NCBI GenBank assembly: GCA_002398825.1
Contig: DHBS01000006.1
Span: 65,750-129,749 of the forward strand
From: Syntrophomonas sp. UBA4922
GTDB taxonomy: Bacteria; Bacillota; Syntrophomonadia; Syntrophomonadales; Syntrophomonadaceae
Length of the DNA: 64,000 nt
Direction of reading: 5' to 3'
Shown: piece by piece, positions 48,527 through 61,443 of the stretch
How positions within the stretch are numbered: position 1 is the first letter of the stretch
Layout of the letters: every line of letters starts with the position of its first letter
Notes under the pieces: generated by a model
Seen by the model: only the letters and a program-made list of their open reading frames with translations
Databases searched by the model: none
Told to the model about the DNA's origin: nothing
Program-made: the position numbers and the translations under genes

Positions 48527-48938
48527 CCATTTCTTCTCTTTTTACGAACCTGCACTTGATGGGAAGCTTGTGGGATGCCAAGCGCATCGCTTCCCTGGCA
48601 ACTTCTTCACTAACACCTGACAGTTCGAACATGATGCGGCCCGGTTTTACTACGGCTACCCAATGCTCCGGGGAGCCTTTGCCTTTACCCATGCGGGTCT
48701 CAGCCGGTTTTACGGTCAGAGGCCGGTCGGGGAATATCTTGATCCACAGTTTCCCGCCTCTTCTGACATAACGGTTGATGGCAATACGGGCTGCTTCAAT
48801 CTGCCGGTTGGTAATCCAGGCCGGTTCCAAAGCCTGCAACGCGAAATCACCGTAGGTGACTTCATGGCCTTTGTTGGCTTTGCCTTTCAGGCTGGGACGG
48901 TGCTGTTTTCTATACTTCACTCTTTTTGGGGTTAGCAT
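48504..48938 (-). CDS. rplP: 50S ribosomal protein L16
   Basis: 144 aa, [14 protein letters not shown]. Confidence 0.96.
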   Translation of the reverse strand: MLTPKRVKYRKQHRPSLKGKANKGHEVTYGDFALQALEPAWITNRQIEAARIAINRYVRRGGKLWIKIFPDRPLTVKPAETRMGKGKGSPEHWVAVVKPGRIMFELSGVSEEVAREAMRLASHKLPIKCRFVKREEMGGEVSEN

Positions 48939-49612
48939 TATCTTTCGGCCTCCTCCACTCTAGCCTGTTTGGGCCGCTGTTTAGCCTCAGGCATAATCTC
49001 TCCCCGGTTCAGCCATACTTTGATGCCGATCTTGCCATAAGTGGTATTGGCTTCAGCAAAGCCGTAATCAACATCGGCCCTCAATGTATGCAGGGGCACT
49101 TTGCCTTCAGAATACCATTCGGTGCGCGCTATTTCAGCTCCGCCCAGGCGTCCGGCAATAGCGATCTTGATGCCAACGGCATTGGCTCTCATGGTACGGC
49201 CTACGGTTTGCTTCATGGCTCTGCGGAAAGAAATCCTCTTTTCCAGTTGCTGAGCGACGTTTTCGGCTACAATCTGCGCATCCAGCTCGGGGCGCTTGAT
49301 TTCCTGGATATTTATATTGACATTCTTTTTGGTCATCTTTATTAATTCGGCTTTTAAATTCTCGACTTCTTGCCCGCCGCGGCCGATGATGATACCCGGT
49401 TTGGCGGTGTGGATGGTAACCCTTACACGATTGCCGGTCCTCTGAATCTCTACCTTAGAAACTCCGGCAGTATAAAATCTTTCCTTGATGTAATTGCGGA
49501 TTTTATAGTCTTCATGGAGCAGTTCGGTATAATCGCGGTCAGCAAACCAGTTGGAATCCCAATCGCGAATAATCCCGATTCTAAATCCTTTAGGATGTAC
49601 CTTTTGACCCAC
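48938..49612 (-). CDS. rpsC: 30S ribosomal protein S3
   Basis: 224 aa, [13 protein letters not shown]. Confidence 0.97.
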   Translation of the reverse strand: MGQKVHPKGFRIGIIRDWDSNWFADRDYTELLHEDYKIRNYIKERFYTAGVSKVEIQRTGNRVRVTIHTAKPGIIIGRGGQEVENLKAELIKMTKKNVNINIQEIKRPELDAQIVAENVAQQLEKRISFRRAMKQTVGRTMRANAVGIKIAIAGRLGGAEIARTEWYSEGKVPLHTLRADVDYGFAEANTTYGKIGIKVWLNRGEIMPEAKQRPKQARVEEAER

Positions 49613-49953
49613 TATTTAACCTCCCTTTCCTTTAAAACCACCGTAACATGGCTGGTTCTATGGCGTCTTACATCGGCTCTGCCATAGGCCCTGGGCTGCA
49701 TTCTCTTCATGGTGGGCCCTTCATCTACAAATATGGCGGATACGTACAAATCGTCGGAATCCATGTCGTAGTTATGCTCCGCGTTGGCCACGGCGGACTT
49801 CAATACTTTATTGATCAAGGGAGCGGATCTCTTATTGGCGTACTTTAATATCCCGACCGCTTCTTTTACATTTTTACCCCTCACCAGATCAGCGACCTGA
49901 CGCGCCTTAAAAGGAGATATTCTTAAATAACGTGCAATAGCTTTTGCTTCCAT
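49612..49953 (-). CDS. rplV: 50S ribosomal protein L22
   Basis: 113 aa; S10 operon order. Confidence 0.96.
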   Translation of the reverse strand: MEAKAIARYLRISPFKARQVADLVRGKNVKEAVGILKYANKRSAPLINKVLKSAVANAEHNYDMDSDDLYVSAIFVDEGPTMKRMQPRAYGRADVRRHRTSHVTVVLKEREVK

Positions 49954-49971
49954 ATCTAATCTGCCTCCTTT

Positions 49972-50256
49972 CTACCTGGATCGGCTCGTTTTTTCAGATT
50001 TGCCGGCATGGCCCCGGTAGGTTCTGGTAGGTGCGAATTCGCCCAGTTTCATGCCAACCATATCTTCGGTAATATATATCGGAACGTGTCTCCGGCCATC
50101 ATGCACCGCCAGGGTATGCCCTATCATCTGCGGGAAGATGGTGGAGCGCCGCGACCAGGTTTTGATAACGGTCTTTTTACTGGATTCGTTCATTTGTTCA
50201 ATCTTAGCTAAAAGCTTCTCTTCGCAATAAGGTCCTTTTTTGAGTGACCTAGCCAT
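49972..50256 (-). CDS. rpsS: 30S ribosomal protein S19
   Basis: 94 aa, [10 protein letters not shown]. Confidence 0.97.
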   Translation of the reverse strand: MARSLKKGPYCEEKLLAKIEQMNESSKKTVIKTWSRRSTIFPQMIGHTLAVHDGRRHVPIYITEDMVGMKLGEFAPTRTYRGHAGKSEKTSRSR

Positions 50257-50269
50257 CTAAAGACCTCCT

Positions 50270-51094
50270 TTATTTCCTCTTCTTGACGATCATCTTGTCA
50301 GAAGGTTTTTTCTTGCGGGTCTTGCCGCCGATAGCGATCTTGCCCCACGGAGACACCGGGTACTTCCGTCCGATGGGGGCCCGGCCTTCACCGCCGCCAT
50401 GAGGGTGATCCACCGGGTTCATGACCGAGCCTCTAACGGTCGGCCTTATGCCCATCCACCTGGAGCGGCCGGCTTTGCCGATAGTCATGTTCTCGTGCTC
50501 CAGGTTGCCAATCTGACCTATGGTAGCGCGGCAGTTGACATGTATCAAACGGACTTCTCCGGAAGGCAGACGCACATGGGCGTAAGCGCCTTCTTTGGCC
50601 ATGAGCTGGGCTACAGTCCCTGCGGAACGGACCAACTGGCCGCCTTTGCCGGGCCGCAGCTCGATATTATGGATCAATGAGCCTACCGGGATGTCCTTTA
50701 AGGCCATGGCATTCCCGACTTTGATATCGGATCCGCTGCCGGATACGATGGTGTCCCCCACTTTCAGATTCTGGGGTGCGATGATATAAGCTTTGCTGCC
50801 ATCCTTATAATGCAGCAAAGCGATGTTTGCCGAACGATTGGGGTCATATTCGATGGCCGCCACTTTAGCTGGAACCTGATCCTTGTTCCGCTTGAAATCG
50901 ATGATGCGGTATAAGCGTTTATGTCCGCCGCCCCGGTGCCTGACAGTCAAACGCCCTTTGGCATTGCGCCCGCCAGTGCTTTTCAGGGGAACGGTAAGGC
51001 TTTTTTCGGGTTCGGTTTTGGTGATTTCCTCGAAGGTCATCACTGTCATTTGTCTTCTACTGGGTGTGGTAGGCCTGAATTTCTTTATGCCCAT
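50270..51094 (-). CDS. rplB: 50S ribosomal protein L2
   Basis: 274 aa, HPHGGGEGR motif. Confidence 0.97.
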   Translation of the reverse strand: MGIKKFRPTTPSRRQMTVMTFEEITKTEPEKSLTVPLKSTGGRNAKGRLTVRHRGGGHKRLYRIIDFKRNKDQVPAKVAAIEYDPNRSANIALLHYKDGSKAYIIAPQNLKVGDTIVSGSGSDIKVGNAMALKDIPVGSLIHNIELRPGKGGQLVRSAGTVAQLMAKEGAYAHVRLPSGEVRLIHVNCRATIGQIGNLEHENMTIGKAGRSRWMGIRPTVRGSVMNPVDHPHGGGEGRAPIGRKYPVSPWGKIAIGGKTRKKKPSDKMIVKKRK

Positions 51095-51129
51095 TTAGTG
51101 TCCCTCCTTGCAACGTCATTGGCGATGGC

Positions 51130-51417
51130 TTACATGCCTTCAAACAGCTTGATCTTCTGGCCGGGTTTCAATATCACTATGGCCTTCTTACGATCCGGGG
51201 TGTAACCGGTGCTGCGCCCCTGCCGTTTCGGTTTGCCTTTCACGATCATGGTGTAAACCTTATCGACTCTGACATTGAAAATGTTCTCAATGGCGTTCTT
51301 GATCTCAGTCTTATTGGCTTTTTTGTCGACGATGAAAGTATATTTATTGTCAGCCAGCAGTCCCATCGATTTCTCGGTGACGATCGGCTTGATGATTATA
51401 TCCCGGTAATCTCTCAT
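51130..51417 (-). CDS. rplW: 50S ribosomal protein L23
   Basis: 95 aa from ATG 51417, 1 nt after the rplD stop (ORF-track TTG 51426 overlaps rplD). Confidence 0.93.
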   Translation of the reverse strand: MRDYRDIIIKPIVTEKSMGLLADNKYTFIVDKKANKTEIKNAIENIFNVRVDKVYTMIVKGKPKRQGRSTGYTPDRKKAIVILKPGQKIKLFEGM

Positions 51418-51418
51418 C

Positions 51419-52042
51419 TTACGCAAATACCTCCTCTACCCTGGCAACGGCATCCTTGGTGATGAGCAGGACATCGTAATTCATCAGGTCGTAAACATTC
51501 ATGTAATCCACCGGCAGCGGTTTAACTCCCGGAATGTTGCGGGCGGACTTGATCACGTTCTGATCCACATCAGCTACGACCACCAGGGCTTTTTTATCTA
51601 TCTGCAGGGATTCCAGGGTTTGAAGCATGGCTTTGGTCTTGGGAAGATCGAATTTTAAATCATCTAAAACGATCAGGTTGTTATCCAAAACCTTGCTGCT
51701 CAATGCTGACTTCATAGCCAGCCTTCTTACCTTGCGGGGCAGGGTATAGGAATAATCACGCGGTTTAGGGCCAAAGGTGACCCCGCCGGTTCTCCATACT
51801 GGATTGCGGCTGCTTCCCACCCGGGCGCGCCCGGTCCCTTTTTGTCTCCACGGCTTTTTGCCTCCCCCACGAACCTCGGCCCGTGTCTTGGTAGAAGCAG
51901 TGCCGACCCGACGGTTGTTTAATTGCATTTTTATAAATTGATGCAGAACCGCTTGATTGGGAGTAATGCCGAATATCTGGTCGTTTAATTCAAGCTCTCC
52001 GATTTGGGCCCCGCTCATATTATAAATGGCTACTTTAGGCAC
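51419..52042 (-). CDS. rplD: 50S ribosomal protein L4
   Basis: 207 aa; S10 operon order. Confidence 0.96.
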   Translation of the reverse strand: MPKVAIYNMSGAQIGELELNDQIFGITPNQAVLHQFIKMQLNNRRVGTASTKTRAEVRGGGKKPWRQKGTGRARVGSSRNPVWRTGGVTFGPKPRDYSYTLPRKVRRLAMKSALSSKVLDNNLIVLDDLKFDLPKTKAMLQTLESLQIDKKALVVVADVDQNVIKSARNIPGVKPLPVDYMNVYDLMNYDVLLITKDAVARVEEVFA

Positions 52043-52066
52043 TTATTTACCCTCCTTTGTCGGCGC

Positions 52067-52705
52067 TTATGCCTTGACTGAATTCTTTATGGTGACAAGA
52101 CCTCTTTTGGGCCCAGGGATTGATCCCTTAATTAAAATCAGGTTTCTTTCCGGATAGACTTTTACTACCTTCAGGCCTTGGACGGTTACTCTTGACCCGC
52201 CTAACCTACCGGGCAACTTTCTTCCTTTAAAAACACGTGCCGGCCCTTTGGCTGCCAGTGAACCGGGACGCCGGTGGTATTTTGATCCGTGTCCCATCGA
52301 TCCCCGCGCGAAATTGTGGCGTTTCACTCCTCCGGCAAAGCCTTTCCCCTTGGAGATCCCCACCACGTCAACCAATTCGCCGCTTTCGAACACATCCGCC
52401 TGAATATCCTGACCAACCTCGTATTGGTCTACATTGTCAACGCGAAACTCCCGGATAAACCGCAAAGGTTTCGCATTAGCTTTCTTAAAATGCCCTTTAA
52501 TGGGCTTATTGGCCAGTTTTTCTTTCAGGTTGTAAAAACCTACCTGAATAGCGTTATAACCATCGATATTTTCGTTTTTCTTCTGTAACACCGTACAGGG
52601 CCCGGCTTCCACCACAGTGACAGGCACCGCTTTGCCGGCTTCATCAAAAATCTGGGCCATGCCGATCTTCACGCCAAGTATTGCTTTATTCAGATTTCCA
52701 GCCAT
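52067..52705 (-). CDS. rplC: 50S ribosomal protein L3
   Basis: 212 aa from ATG 52705 (AAGGAGG RBS): [16 protein letters not shown]...; the ORF-track start is 38 codons upstream. Confidence 0.95.
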   Translation of the reverse strand: MAGNLNKAILGVKIGMAQIFDEAGKAVPVTVVEAGPCTVLQKKNENIDGYNAIQVGFYNLKEKLANKPIKGHFKKANAKPLRFIREFRVDNVDQYEVGQDIQADVFESGELVDVVGISKGKGFAGGVKRHNFARGSMGHGSKYHRRPGSLAAKGPARVFKGRKLPGRLGGSRVTVQGLKVVKVYPERNLILIKGSIPGPKRGLVTIKNSVKA

Positions 52706-52834
52706 TTTTTTACCTCCTTGTCGGTCAATTCTCAGTGATAGGTTGGAAGTGGTTTCCAACTTCACTTCTCTTAGCTGGCTGACTGCCTCCCTAACCTGTT
52801 TAGTCCACTGGTTTTGCAAGCAGCCGGGGAAGTT

Positions 52835-53146
52835 TTATAATTTGATTTCAATGTCCACCCCTGAAGGCAGATCCAAATGCATCAGAGCATCAATTGTTTT
52901 GGGATTAGGATCCAGTATATCGATAAGGCGCTTGTGAGTCCTCATTTCAAACTGTTCCCGAGAATCCTTGTTCACATGAGGCGATCTCAAAATGGTATAA
53001 ATACTCTTCTCGGTTGGCAGGGGAATAGGTCCAGACACATTAGATCCATTCTTCTTGGCAGTGTCCACAATCTTCTGTGAGGACTGATCAAGCAGTTTGT
53101 GATCAAATGCCTTTAGTCTAATCCTTACTTTCTGTTGGCCATTCAC
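52835..53146 (-). CDS. rpsJ: 30S ribosomal protein S10
   Basis: 103 aa, GTG start, [15 protein letters not shown]. Confidence 0.96.
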   Translation of the reverse strand: MNGQQKVRIRLKAFDHKLLDQSSQKIVDTAKKNGSNVSGPIPLPTEKSIYTILRSPHVNKDSREQFEMRTHKRLIDILDPNPKTIDALMHLDLPSGVDIEIKL

Positions 53147-53198
53147 GCTTGTTAAACCTCCTTAGCTGGCTTCACTTGTACACGTATCCGGGTGTCTA

Positions 53199-53225
53199 GT
53201 TGGGAAGGATAATAACCTTCCCAAC
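53199..53225 (-). promoter_or_regulatory. Stable hairpin between tuf and rpsJ (processing or attenuation element; no U-tract)
   Basis: 10-bp stem GTTGGGAAGG/CCTTCCCAAC with 7-nt loop. Confidence 0.4.
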
Positions 53226-53247
53226 CGAAACTCGCTGTTTTCTAAAT

Positions 53248-54450
53248 TTAGCTGTTAATGGAAGTGACCACGCCGGCGCCTACGGTTCTGCCGCCCTCGC
53301 GGATTGCGAAGCGCAGTCCCTGTTCAATAGCGATGGGAGTGATCAGTTCGATTGCCATCTGCACGTTGTCTCCCGGCATTACCATCTCCACTCCCTCAGG
53401 CAGTTGGATGATCCCGGTAACATCAGTGGTTCTGAAGTAGAACTGCGGCCGGTATCCGCCAAAGAACGGGGTGTGCCTTCCGCCTTCTTCTTTGGTCAAT
53501 ACGTACACCTCGGCATTGAACTTGGTCAACGGCTTGATGCTCCCAGGCTTGGCCAATACCATGCCTCTCTCCACTTCTTTACGGTCTACACCTCTCAACA
53601 ACGTCCCTATGTTGTCTCCCGCCTGGGCGTAATCCAACAGTTTTCTGAACATCTCTACGCCGGTGCATACGGTCTTTCTGGTCTCTTCCCGCATCCCTAT
53701 GATCTCTACTTCGTCTCCCACTTTCACCTGGCCCCGCTCCACTCTGCCGGTGGTCACAGTGCCCCGTCCAGTGATGGTGAATACGTCTTCAATAGGCATC
53801 AGGAATGGTTTGTCTACCGCTCTCTCCGGCATGGGGATGTAGCTGTCAACCGCATCCATCAGTTCCCAGATGTGTCCGCACCACTCGCAGTCACGGTTGC
53901 CGCATCCGCATTCTAAAGCCTTTAAGGCGGAGCCTCTCACTACCGGCAGGTCATCTCCGGGAAATTCATAGAAGCTCAACAGTTCGCGGACTTCCATGTC
54001 CACCAGTTCCAGGAGCTCTTCATCATCTACCATGTCGGTCTTGTTCATGAATACTACGATATAGGGTACTTCTACCTGTCTGGACAACAGGATGTGTTCC
54101 CGGGTCTGGGGCATGGGGCCGTCAGCTCCGGATACCACCAGGATGGCTCCGTCCATCTGTGCCGCTCCGGTTATCATGTTCTTGATGTAGTCCGCATGAC
54201 CCGGACAGTCCACATGGGCATAATGCCGGTTCTCGGTCTGATATTCCACATGCGCGGTATTGATGGTTATGCCTCTTTCTTTCTCTTCAGGGGCTTTGTC
54301 TATTTCTGCATACGACGTCGCTTTCGCTCCCCCGACTTTTGACAATACCAGGGTTATTGCCGCCGTCAATGTCGTCTTGCCATGGTCGATGTGTCCGATG
54401 GTCCCAATGTTTAAATGGGGTTTCGTCCTTTCGTATTTAGCCTTTGCCAT
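53248..54450 (-). CDS. tuf: Elongation factor Tu
   Basis: 400 aa from ATG 54450: [27 protein letters not shown]. Confidence 0.98.
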   Translation of the reverse strand: MAKAKYERTKPHLNIGTIGHIDHGKTTLTAAITLVLSKVGGAKATSYAEIDKAPEEKERGITINTAHVEYQTENRHYAHVDCPGHADYIKNMITGAAQMDGAILVVSGADGPMPQTREHILLSRQVEVPYIVVFMNKTDMVDDEELLELVDMEVRELLSFYEFPGDDLPVVRGSALKALECGCGNRDCEWCGHIWELMDAVDSYIPMPERAVDKPFLMPIEDVFTITGRGTVTTGRVERGQVKVGDEVEIIGMREETRKTVCTGVEMFRKLLDYAQAGDNIGTLLRGVDRKEVERGMVLAKPGSIKPLTKFNAEVYVLTKEEGGRHTPFFGGYRPQFYFRTTDVTGIIQLPEGVEMVMPGDNVQMAIELITPIAIEQGLRFAIREGGRTVGAGVVTSINS

Positions 54451-54477
54451 CTGTTCTCTCACCTTTCCTTTCCTGTT

Positions 54478-56571
54478 TTACATATCCTGTAAGGGTATAC
54501 CATACCTTTTAGCCATAATTTCCCTGGCTTTTGATGCGGGTATCTCCGCATAGTTTTTGATCTGCATGGAGAAGCTGGCTCTGCCCTGACTGGCAGATCG
54601 CAGGGCGGTTGCATAGCCAAATGTTTCGGCTAACGGCACTTCGCCGTTAACAATCTTGCTGTGACGGTTTTCTTCAAATCCCATCACTCTTCCCCGGCGA
54701 GCGTTGAGGTCGGAAATAATATCTCCTACATATTCTTCCGGGCTGACAATTTCAATGTCCATAATAGGTTCCAACAAAACCGGTTCAGCTGCCTTGAGGG
54801 CTTCTTTAAGAGCCATCACCGCAGCGACTTTGAAGGCCTGTTCTGTGGAATCAACTTCGTGGAAAGTTCCCCCTTTCAGGGTTACCTCCACATCATCAAC
54901 TGGATAACCTGCCAGAATCCCGGCCTGTAGACCTTCTAACACCCCACTTTCAATGACGGGAACAAATTCCCGGGGTATATGTTCATGATTGGATTTATCG
55001 ATAAACTGCACCCCCTGGCCTTCAGGCCGAGGTGCGATTTCTAATATTACGTGAGCAAATTGACCGCGCCCGCCAGCTTGTTTGTCGAAGCGGGCTTCAG
55101 CACGGTTTTTCTTTTTAGCGGTCTCTTTATAGGAAACCTGGGGTTTACCAACATTGGCATTAACCTTAAATTCCTTCAGCAAACGATCCACGATAATCTC
55201 CAGGTGCAGCTCACCCATTCCAGATATAATGGTCTGCCCGGTTTCGGCATCCATCCGGGTTCTGAAAGTAGGGTCCTCTTCTGCTAGACGCCGCAGACTG
55301 TCACCGATTTTATCCTGGTCTGCTTTGGTTTTGGCCTCAATGGCTACATCTACCACCGGGTCAGGAAACTGAATGGATTCGAGTACGATGGTATCGGGCT
55401 CGCTGCACAGGGTATCTCCGGTTACCGTTTCCTTCAAGCCTACCGCAGCTACGATATCACCTGCCAGGGCTTCCTGAATCTCCTCACGATGGTTGGCATG
55501 CATTTTGAGTATCTTGGTAATCCGCTCCCGGCGGTTTTTCCCGCTGTTCATCACCGTGCCGCCAACCTTCACCCTGCCGGAATAAATCCGGAAGTAGGTA
55601 AGTTTACCCACATAAGGATCCACCGCCACCTTAAAAGCCAGGGCGCACATTGGCCCGGCAACATCAGCCTGGCGGCTGATCTCCAGCCCGGTTTTGGGAT
55701 CCACACCCTTGACCGCGGGAATATCCACTGGCGAAGGCAAATAGTCAACCACTGCATCCAGGAGCATCTGTACCCCTTTGTTCTTGAAAGAAGAACCGCA
55801 CAAAACCGGTACAATTCTGTTTTTAATGGTAAGGGCGCGCAACGATCGCTGTATATCGTCGACCGTGATGTCGATACCATCCAGGTATTTTTCCAGCATA
55901 TTATCATCGAACTCGGCTAGTTTTTCCAACAATTGCTGGCGGTATTCCAAGGCTTCTTCCATCTGCTGGGCTGTCAGATCCCTGACCAGGAAATGCTCTC
56001 CGCTGTCTTCCTCATATATGTAGGCCTTGAGCCGGATGAGATCGATAACACCAGAGAAAAGATCCTCTACCCCTATGGGGAGGTGGATCAAGACCGGTTC
56101 GCTGCCCAGATCGGACCGGATCATATTTACTGCTCTGAAGTAGTCGGCGCCGATGCGATCCATCTTGTTGATATAGGCAATGCGGGGGGTGCCGTACCTA
56201 TCGGCCTGGTGCCATACCGTCTCCGATTGCGGTTGTACCCCGGCCACGGCGCAGAAAATTGCAATGGCTCCATCAAGTATGCGCAATGAACGCTCTACCT
56301 CAACAGTAAAGTCCACATGCCCGGGCGTGTCGATAATGTTGATAACCGCATCCCTCCAGGCACAGGTGGTAGCTGCAGAAGTGATGGTGATGCCCCTTTC
56401 CTGCTCCTGGCTCATCCAGTCCATTGTGGCGGTGCCTTTATCGACCTCACCCATGCGATGTACCTTTCCGGAATAGAAAAGGATCCTCTCGGTGGTAGTG
56501 GTCTTGCCCGCATCTATATGGGCCATAATGCCAATATTTCTTATTGCAGTCAAATCCGCCTTTGCAGCCAT
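54478..56571 (-). CDS. fusA: Elongation factor G
   Basis: [14 protein letters not shown]; ATG 56571 after GGGAG (ORF-track start is 5 codons upstream). Confidence 0.97.
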   Translation of the reverse strand: MAAKADLTAIRNIGIMAHIDAGKTTTTERILFYSGKVHRMGEVDKGTATMDWMSQEQERGITITSAATTCAWRDAVINIIDTPGHVDFTVEVERSLRILDGAIAIFCAVAGVQPQSETVWHQADRYGTPRIAYINKMDRIGADYFRAVNMIRSDLGSEPVLIHLPIGVEDLFSGVIDLIRLKAYIYEEDSGEHFLVRDLTAQQMEEALEYRQQLLEKLAEFDDNMLEKYLDGIDITVDDIQRSLRALTIKNRIVPVLCGSSFKNKGVQMLLDAVVDYLPSPVDIPAVKGVDPKTGLEISRQADVAGPMCALAFKVAVDPYVGKLTYFRIYSGRVKVGGTVMNSGKNRRERITKILKMHANHREEIQEALAGDIVAAVGLKETVTGDTLCSEPDTIVLESIQFPDPVVDVAIEAKTKADQDKIGDSLRRLAEEDPTFRTRMDAETGQTIISGMGELHLEIIVDRLLKEFKVNANVGKPQVSYKETAKKKNRAEARFDKQAGGRGQFAHVILEIAPRPEGQGVQFIDKSNHEHIPREFVPVIESGVLEGLQAGILAGYPVDDVEVTLKGGTFHEVDSTEQAFKVAAVMALKEALKAAEPVLLEPIMDIEIVSPEEYVGDIISDLNARRGRVMGFEENRHSKIVNGEVPLAETFGYATALRSASQGRASFSMQIKNYAEIPASKAREIMAKRYGIPLQDM

Positions 56572-56592
56572 CGGCACTCCCAGCACAAGTGA

Positions 56593-57063
56593 TTACCAGC
56601 GGTAATGGGCAAAGGCCCGGTTGGCCTCAGCCATCTTATGCGTATCCTCTTTCTTTTTTACTGATTGGCCGGTGCTGTTGTAAGCATCAACAATTTCTCC
56701 GGCCAGGCGTTCAGCCATGGTCTTTTCACCGCGTTTGCGGGCATAACCCACTAACCAGCGAATCGCCAGGGTTTGTCTTCTTTCAGGTCTGACTTCGACC
56801 GGCACCTGATAGTTGGCACCGCCAACCCGGCGGGCGCGTACTTCGAGTATCGGGGTGATGTTCTTCATCGCGATTTCGAAGGCATCCATGGGGTCTTTGC
56901 CGGTTTTTCTAGCTACTATGTCAAAAGCCGAATAGCAGATTTTCTCTGCCAGGCTTTTTTTGCCGTCCCACATGATCTGATTAACCAATTTGGTAAAATA
57001 CTTGCTGTGATAAATGGGATCTGGCAGAACATCTCTTTTGGGTACGGGTCCCTTTCTTGGCAT
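56593..57063 (-). CDS. rpsG: 30S ribosomal protein S7
   Basis: 156 aa, [16 protein letters not shown]. Confidence 0.97.
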   Translation of the reverse strand: MPRKGPVPKRDVLPDPIYHSKYFTKLVNQIMWDGKKSLAEKICYSAFDIVARKTGKDPMDAFEIAMKNITPILEVRARRVGGANYQVPVEVRPERRQTLAIRWLVGYARKRGEKTMAERLAGEIVDAYNSTGQSVKKKEDTHKMAEANRAFAHYRW

Positions 57064-57077
57064 ATCGCGCCTCCCTC

Positions 57078-57455
57078 CTATTTTTTCTTGGGCCGTTTGG
57101 TGCCGTATTTGGATCTTCCCCGGTTGCGGTTCTGAACCCCAGCTGCATCCAAGGTTCCTCTGATAATATGATATCTTACCCCTGGCAGGTCTTTTACACG
57201 ACCGCCTCTGATCAAAACCACCGAGTGCTCCTGCAGATTGTGGCCAATACCAGGAATGTAAGCAGTTACCTCAATCCCGTTGGATAGACGCACCCTGGCA
57301 ATTTTGCGCAATGCCGAGTTCGGCTTTTTAGGTGTGGTGGTGTAAACACGTGTGCATACCCCGCGTTTTTGGGGGCAGCTCTTTAATGCTGGCGCAGTTG
57401 ACTTCTTTTCTACCTTTTCGCGCCCTTTTCTTATCAATTGATTGATGGTTGGCAC
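57078..57455 (-). CDS. rpsL: 30S ribosomal protein S12
   Basis: 125 aa, (GTG)[11 protein letters not shown]; 1-nt overlap with the upstream stop. Confidence 0.97.
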   Translation of the reverse strand: MPTINQLIRKGREKVEKKSTAPALKSCPQKRGVCTRVYTTTPKKPNSALRKIARVRLSNGIEVTAYIPGIGHNLQEHSVVLIRGGRVKDLPGVRYHIIRGTLDAAGVQNRNRGRSKYGTKRPKKK

Positions 57456-57724
57456 TATTGCACCTCCTTCCCCATGTTATTGTCAAGCAATGCCACGGTT
57501 GCTGAACCCACATCAATGCCACAGGCTTCACCCAGGGTTTTCTTGCTGTTCACCATCTCAATGTCAACCTGGTGCTGGTGGCACAGTTGCTTAATGGGTT
57601 CAACCACATGGGGTTCGGCATCACAGGCAATGTATACTTTACTTGCTATGCCCCGGGAAATGGCCTTTTTGACCTGTTTGGCGCCGATTACCCGGGATGA
57701 TTGTTTTAGATCATCTAGTGGCAA
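57455..57724 (-). CDS. L7Ae-family ribosome-associated protein (YbxF/RplGB-like)
   Basis: 89 aa, [11 protein letters not shown]...; conserved position between rpoC and rpsL in Firmicutes. Confidence 0.85.
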   Translation of the reverse strand: MPLDDLKQSSRVIGAKQVKKAISRGIASKVYIACDAEPHVVEPIKQLCHQHQVDIEMVNSKKTLGEACGIDVGSATVALLDNNMGKEVQ

Positions 57725-57794
57725 CAGATAAACCTCCGAACATCAGAAAATAGGCGAAAAAGATTATTCGAGCTTATTTGCCACGCACTTAAAT

Positions 57795-57823
57795 ATTTTA
57801 GCACCTGGTGGTCCCCCAGTCAA
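57795..57823 (-). promoter_or_regulatory. Sigma-A promoter of the str operon (TTGACT-17-TAAAAT)
   Basis: -35 at 57818..57823 and -10 at 57795..57800 on the minus strand, about 70 nt upstream of the L7Ae-like gene. Confidence 0.6.
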
Positions 57824-57875
57824 TTATAACCATGATTAATTTGGTGGGGGACCGCTCAAATATGCTTTTAGTCGT

Positions 57876-60800
57876 TTAAACCGGTTCTTCCTGCAGGATC
57901 GGCATCACTGCCTCGGCCTTTTCTGAGACCCGGATATTTCTGTATGTCGAATATCCGGTTCCAGCAGGTATAAGCTTGCCGATGATAACATTCTCTTTCA
58001 AGCCGATCAGGTAATCGATTTTGCCTTTTATGGCGGCTTCGGTCAATACCTTGGTTGTTTCCTGGAAAGAGGCTGCCGACAAGAAAGAATCAGTATTCAA
58101 AGACGCCTTGGTTATACCCAGCAACATCGGCGAGCATACTGCGGGGAGGCCGCCCTGCTCAATGATCTTGCGGTTCTCTTCTTCAAAGCTGGAGATATCG
58201 ACAAAGGCCCCGGGCAGCATAGAGGTGTCTCCTGAATATTCAATCTTGACCTTCTTCAACATCTGCCTAATCATGATCTCAATGTGTTTGTCGCTGATAT
58301 CAACCCCCTGGGAACGATAGACCTTTTGCACCTCCTGCAGGATATAGCGCTGCACATCCTGCATGCCCTTGGTCTTGAGAATGTCATGGGGATTCAAGGG
58401 GCCTTCAGTCAGAGCGTCGCCAAGTTCAACCCAATCGCCTTCACCGACTTTGAGACGGGAGCCATAGTGCACCAGGTAGGCGCCCAGTTGCTCATCTTCG
58501 TCCCCCAGCACCTGAACTTCACGGCGTCCCTTATTCTCAGACAATTTAACCCTTCCGGTGGCCTCGGCTACCACCGCCTGACCCTTGGGTTTGCGGACCT
58601 CGAAGAGTTCCTCTACGCGGGGCAGACCGCGGGTGATGTCTTCACCGGCTACGCCGCCGGTGTGGAAGGTGCGCATGGTCAGCTGCGTGCCGGGCTCGCC
58701 GATGGACTGCGCAGCCAGTATGCCTACCGCCTCGCCGATCTCGACATCATAACCGGTGGCCAGGTTGCGGCCATAACACTTCTTGCACACCCCGTACTTG
58801 GTCTTGCAGGTCAAGACGCTTCTTATCTTCACTTTGTCGATGCCGGATTTCTCTATCTCATAGCCGACTTCGTCATCGATCATCTCATTTTCGTGCACCA
58901 TGGTCTCTCCAGTGTCCGGGTGATGGATGGTGTCTACCGAGACCCTGCCGATGATGCGCTGGTGCAGCGGTTCGATCAGCTGTGAACCCTCGGTAATCTT
59001 CTCCACGTAGATGCCTTCCACTGACTCACAGTCATCTTCTCTTACGATGACATCCTGGGATACGTCTACCAGGCGGCGGGTCAAATACCCGGAGTCGGCG
59101 GTGCGCAGGGCGGTGTCAGCCAGACCTTTGCGGGCTCCGTGGGTGGAGATGAAGTATTCCAAAACGGTTAAGCCTTCACGGAAGTTGGCTTTGATGGGCA
59201 AGTCAATGATCTTGCCTGAAGGGTCAGCCATAAGGCCCCTCATTCCAGCCAGCTGACGAATCTGCTGGAAGTTGCCGCGCGCGCCGGAAACAGCCATCAT
59301 GTACACCGGGTTATCTTCAGGCAGGGCCGTTTTCAGGGCATCGGTTACGTCATCAGTGGCCTGATTCCATATTTCCACCACCTGGCTGTGACGCTCATCT
59401 TCAGTTATCAAACCGAAAAGGAAGTCCTCTTCAATACTGTCCACCACCTGCTCGGCCTCGGCCAGGATGCGCCCTTTGGCTTCAGGGGTTTCAAAGTCGG
59501 TGACACCTACGCTGATACCAGCTTTGGTGCTGAATTTGTAGCCCAGGCGCTTAATGCCGTCCAACATCTCCGCAGTGCGGGCATTGCCCTCGCGGCGGTA
59601 ACATTCGTAAACGATATTGCCCAGTTTTTTCTTGTCTATTACTTCATTATGGAAGCCGATGCTGTCGGGCATGACTTCATTAAAGATGACCCGGCCTACC
59701 GAAGTTTCGACGATCTCATTATAATGGTGTTCGTAATTGACCGTAAACGACATCTTCACCCTGATCTTTTCCCGCAACTGGATCTGTCCCAGTTCGTAGG
59801 CCATACGGGCCTCCTCCGGGCTGGAGAAACAGCGCAGTGCTTCAGCAGGCCGTTCCCATTCTTCTTTGCTCATGTAGGTCAGGTAGAACATACCTATAAC
59901 CATATCCTGGGTGGGGGTGCATACCGGCTTGCCATCCTTGGGATTAAGGATGTTATTGCTGGCCAGCATCAAGAGGCGCGCTTCGGTCTGAGCCTCAGCG
60001 CTCAAAGGCACATGCACCGCCATCTGGTCGCCGTCAAAGTCGGCGTTATATGCCGTACATACCAGCGGATGCAATTGCAGGGCGCGGCCTTCCACCAGCA
60101 CCGGCTCAAAGGCCTGTATGCCCAAGCGGTGCAGGGTGGGGGCGCGGTTTAACAACACCGGGTGTTCTTTGATAACATCATCCAAGATATCCCAGACTTC
60201 CTCGCGGCCGCGCTCCACCATTTTTTTGGCGCTTTTGATATTGGATGAAATGCCGCGGTCCACTAATTTCTTCATTACAAAAGGTTTGAACAATTCCAAG
60301 GCCATCTCTTTGGGCAGTCCGCATTGATGCATTTTGAGGTTGGGCCCGACCACAATAACCGACCGTCCGGAGTAGTCTACCCTTTTGCCCAGCAAGTTCT
60401 GCCGGAAGCGGCCCTGTTTGCCCTTTAACATATCACTCAGGGATTTTAAGGGGCGGTTGCCGGGTCCGGTGACCGGACGACCGCGGCGGCCGTTATCAAC
60501 CAGGGCGTCCACGGCCTCCTGCAGCATTCTCTTTTCATTGCGCACGATTATGTCCGGAGCACCCAGATCCAAAAGGCGCTTCAGTCTGTTGTTGCGGTTG
60601 ATCACCCGGCGGTATAAGTCATTCAAGTCTGAGGTGGCAAAACGGCCTCCGTCAAGCTGCACCATAGGGCGCAGTTCCGGAGGAATCACCGGCAAGACAT
60701 CCATTATCATCCATTCCGGGTCATTTCCCGACAGGCGGAAGGACTCCACTACCTCCAGGCGCTTGATGGCACGGCCTTTACGCTGGCCGGTGGTGGTGGC

Positions 60801-61385
60801 AATCTCCTCCTTGAGTTCTTCAGACATGCTTTCCAAATCGATTTCGCTTAAGAGGGTTTTAATAGCTTCCGCGCCAATGCCGGCCTTAAAAGTATCTCCA
60901 TAACGTTCCCGGTTTTCGCGGTATTCCTTCTCATTGAGCAGCTGTTTTCTCAATAAAGGCGTATCGCCGGGGTGGATAACGATGTAGTTGACGAAATATA
61001 TAACCTTTTCCAAAACCTTGGGGGACATGTCCAAGAGCAAGCCCATACGGCTGGGAATCCCCTTGAGATACCAGATATGGGATACCGGGGCGGCCAGTTC
61101 GATATGCCCCATGCGCTCCCGTCTGACCTTGGAAGTAGTAACTTCAACGCCACAGCGGTCGCAAACTATGCCGCGATGGCGTACCCTTTTATATTTGCCG
61201 CAATGACATTCCCAGTCTTTTACCGGTCCAAAGATCTTTTCGCAAAACAGACCTTCTTTTTCCGGCCTCAAGGTGCGGTAGTTAATGGTCTCCGGTTTCT
61301 TAACCTCCCCGCTGCTCCAGGAACGAATCTGTTCCGGTGAAGCCAGGGCAATTTTAATCCGCTCAAAGTTGTTAACGTCTAACAA
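57876..61385 (-). CDS. rpoC: DNA-directed RNA polymerase subunit beta'
   Basis: 1169 aa; NADFDGD catalytic motif, Zn finger CHCGKY..C..CGV. Confidence 0.98.
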   Translation of the reverse strand: MLDVNNFERIKIALASPEQIRSWSSGEVKKPETINYRTLRPEKEGLFCEKIFGPVKDWECHCGKYKRVRHRGIVCDRCGVEVTTSKVRRERMGHIELAAPVSHIWYLKGIPSRMGLLLDMSPKVLEKVIYFVNYIVIHPGDTPLLRKQLLNEKEYRENRERYGDTFKAGIGAEAIKTLLSEIDLESMSEELKEEIATTTGQRKGRAIKRLEVVESFRLSGNDPEWMIMDVLPVIPPELRPMVQLDGGRFATSDLNDLYRRVINRNNRLKRLLDLGAPDIIVRNEKRMLQEAVDALVDNGRRGRPVTGPGNRPLKSLSDMLKGKQGRFRQNLLGKRVDYSGRSVIVVGPNLKMHQCGLPKEMALELFKPFVMKKLVDRGISSNIKSAKKMVERGREEVWDILDDVIKEHPVLLNRAPTLHRLGIQAFEPVLVEGRALQLHPLVCTAYNADFDGDQMAVHVPLSAEAQTEARLLMLASNNILNPKDGKPVCTPTQDMVIGMFYLTYMSKEEWERPAEALRCFSSPEEARMAYELGQIQLREKIRVKMSFTVNYEHHYNEIVETSVGRVIFNEVMPDSIGFHNEVIDKKKLGNIVYECYRREGNARTAEMLDGIKRLGYKFSTKAGISVGVTDFETPEAKGRILAEAEQVVDSIEEDFLFGLITEDERHSQVVEIWNQATDDVTDALKTALPEDNPVYMMAVSGARGNFQQIRQLAGMRGLMADPSGKIIDLPIKANFREGLTVLEYFISTHGARKGLADTALRTADSGYLTRRLVDVSQDVIVREDDCESVEGIYVEKITEGSQLIEPLHQRIIGRVSVDTIHHPDTGETMVHENEMIDDEVGYEIEKSGIDKVKIRSVLTCKTKYGVCKKCYGRNLATGYDVEIGEAVGILAAQSIGEPGTQLTMRTFHTGGVAGEDITRGLPRVEELFEVRKPKGQAVVAEATGRVKLSENKGRREVQVLGDEDEQLGAYLVHYGSRLKVGEGDWVELGDALTEGPLNPHDILKTKGMQDVQRYILQEVQKVYRSQGVDISDKHIEIMIRQMLKKVKIEYSGDTSMLPGAFVDISSFEEENRKIIEQGGLPAVCSPMLLGITKASLNTDSFLSAASFQETTKVLTEAAIKGKIDYLIGLKENVIIGKLIPAGTGYSTYRNIRVSEKAEAVMPILQEEPV

Positions 61386-61443
61386 GGCAGACTCTCCTTT
61401 CCAGAAGATACGTCACTGTCAACGAGCCTTTGTTCAGGATCTG

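Noticed and set aside
38935-60152. Long antisense ORFs inside rpoA, rpsE, tuf, fusA and rpoC (e.g. 38935..39678, 44579..45259, 53200..53916, 58284..58985, 59388..60152), and many similar ones elsewhere in the window
   Set aside because: These are shadow ORFs opposite highly conserved genes. Their translations are compositionally biased with no family resemblance.
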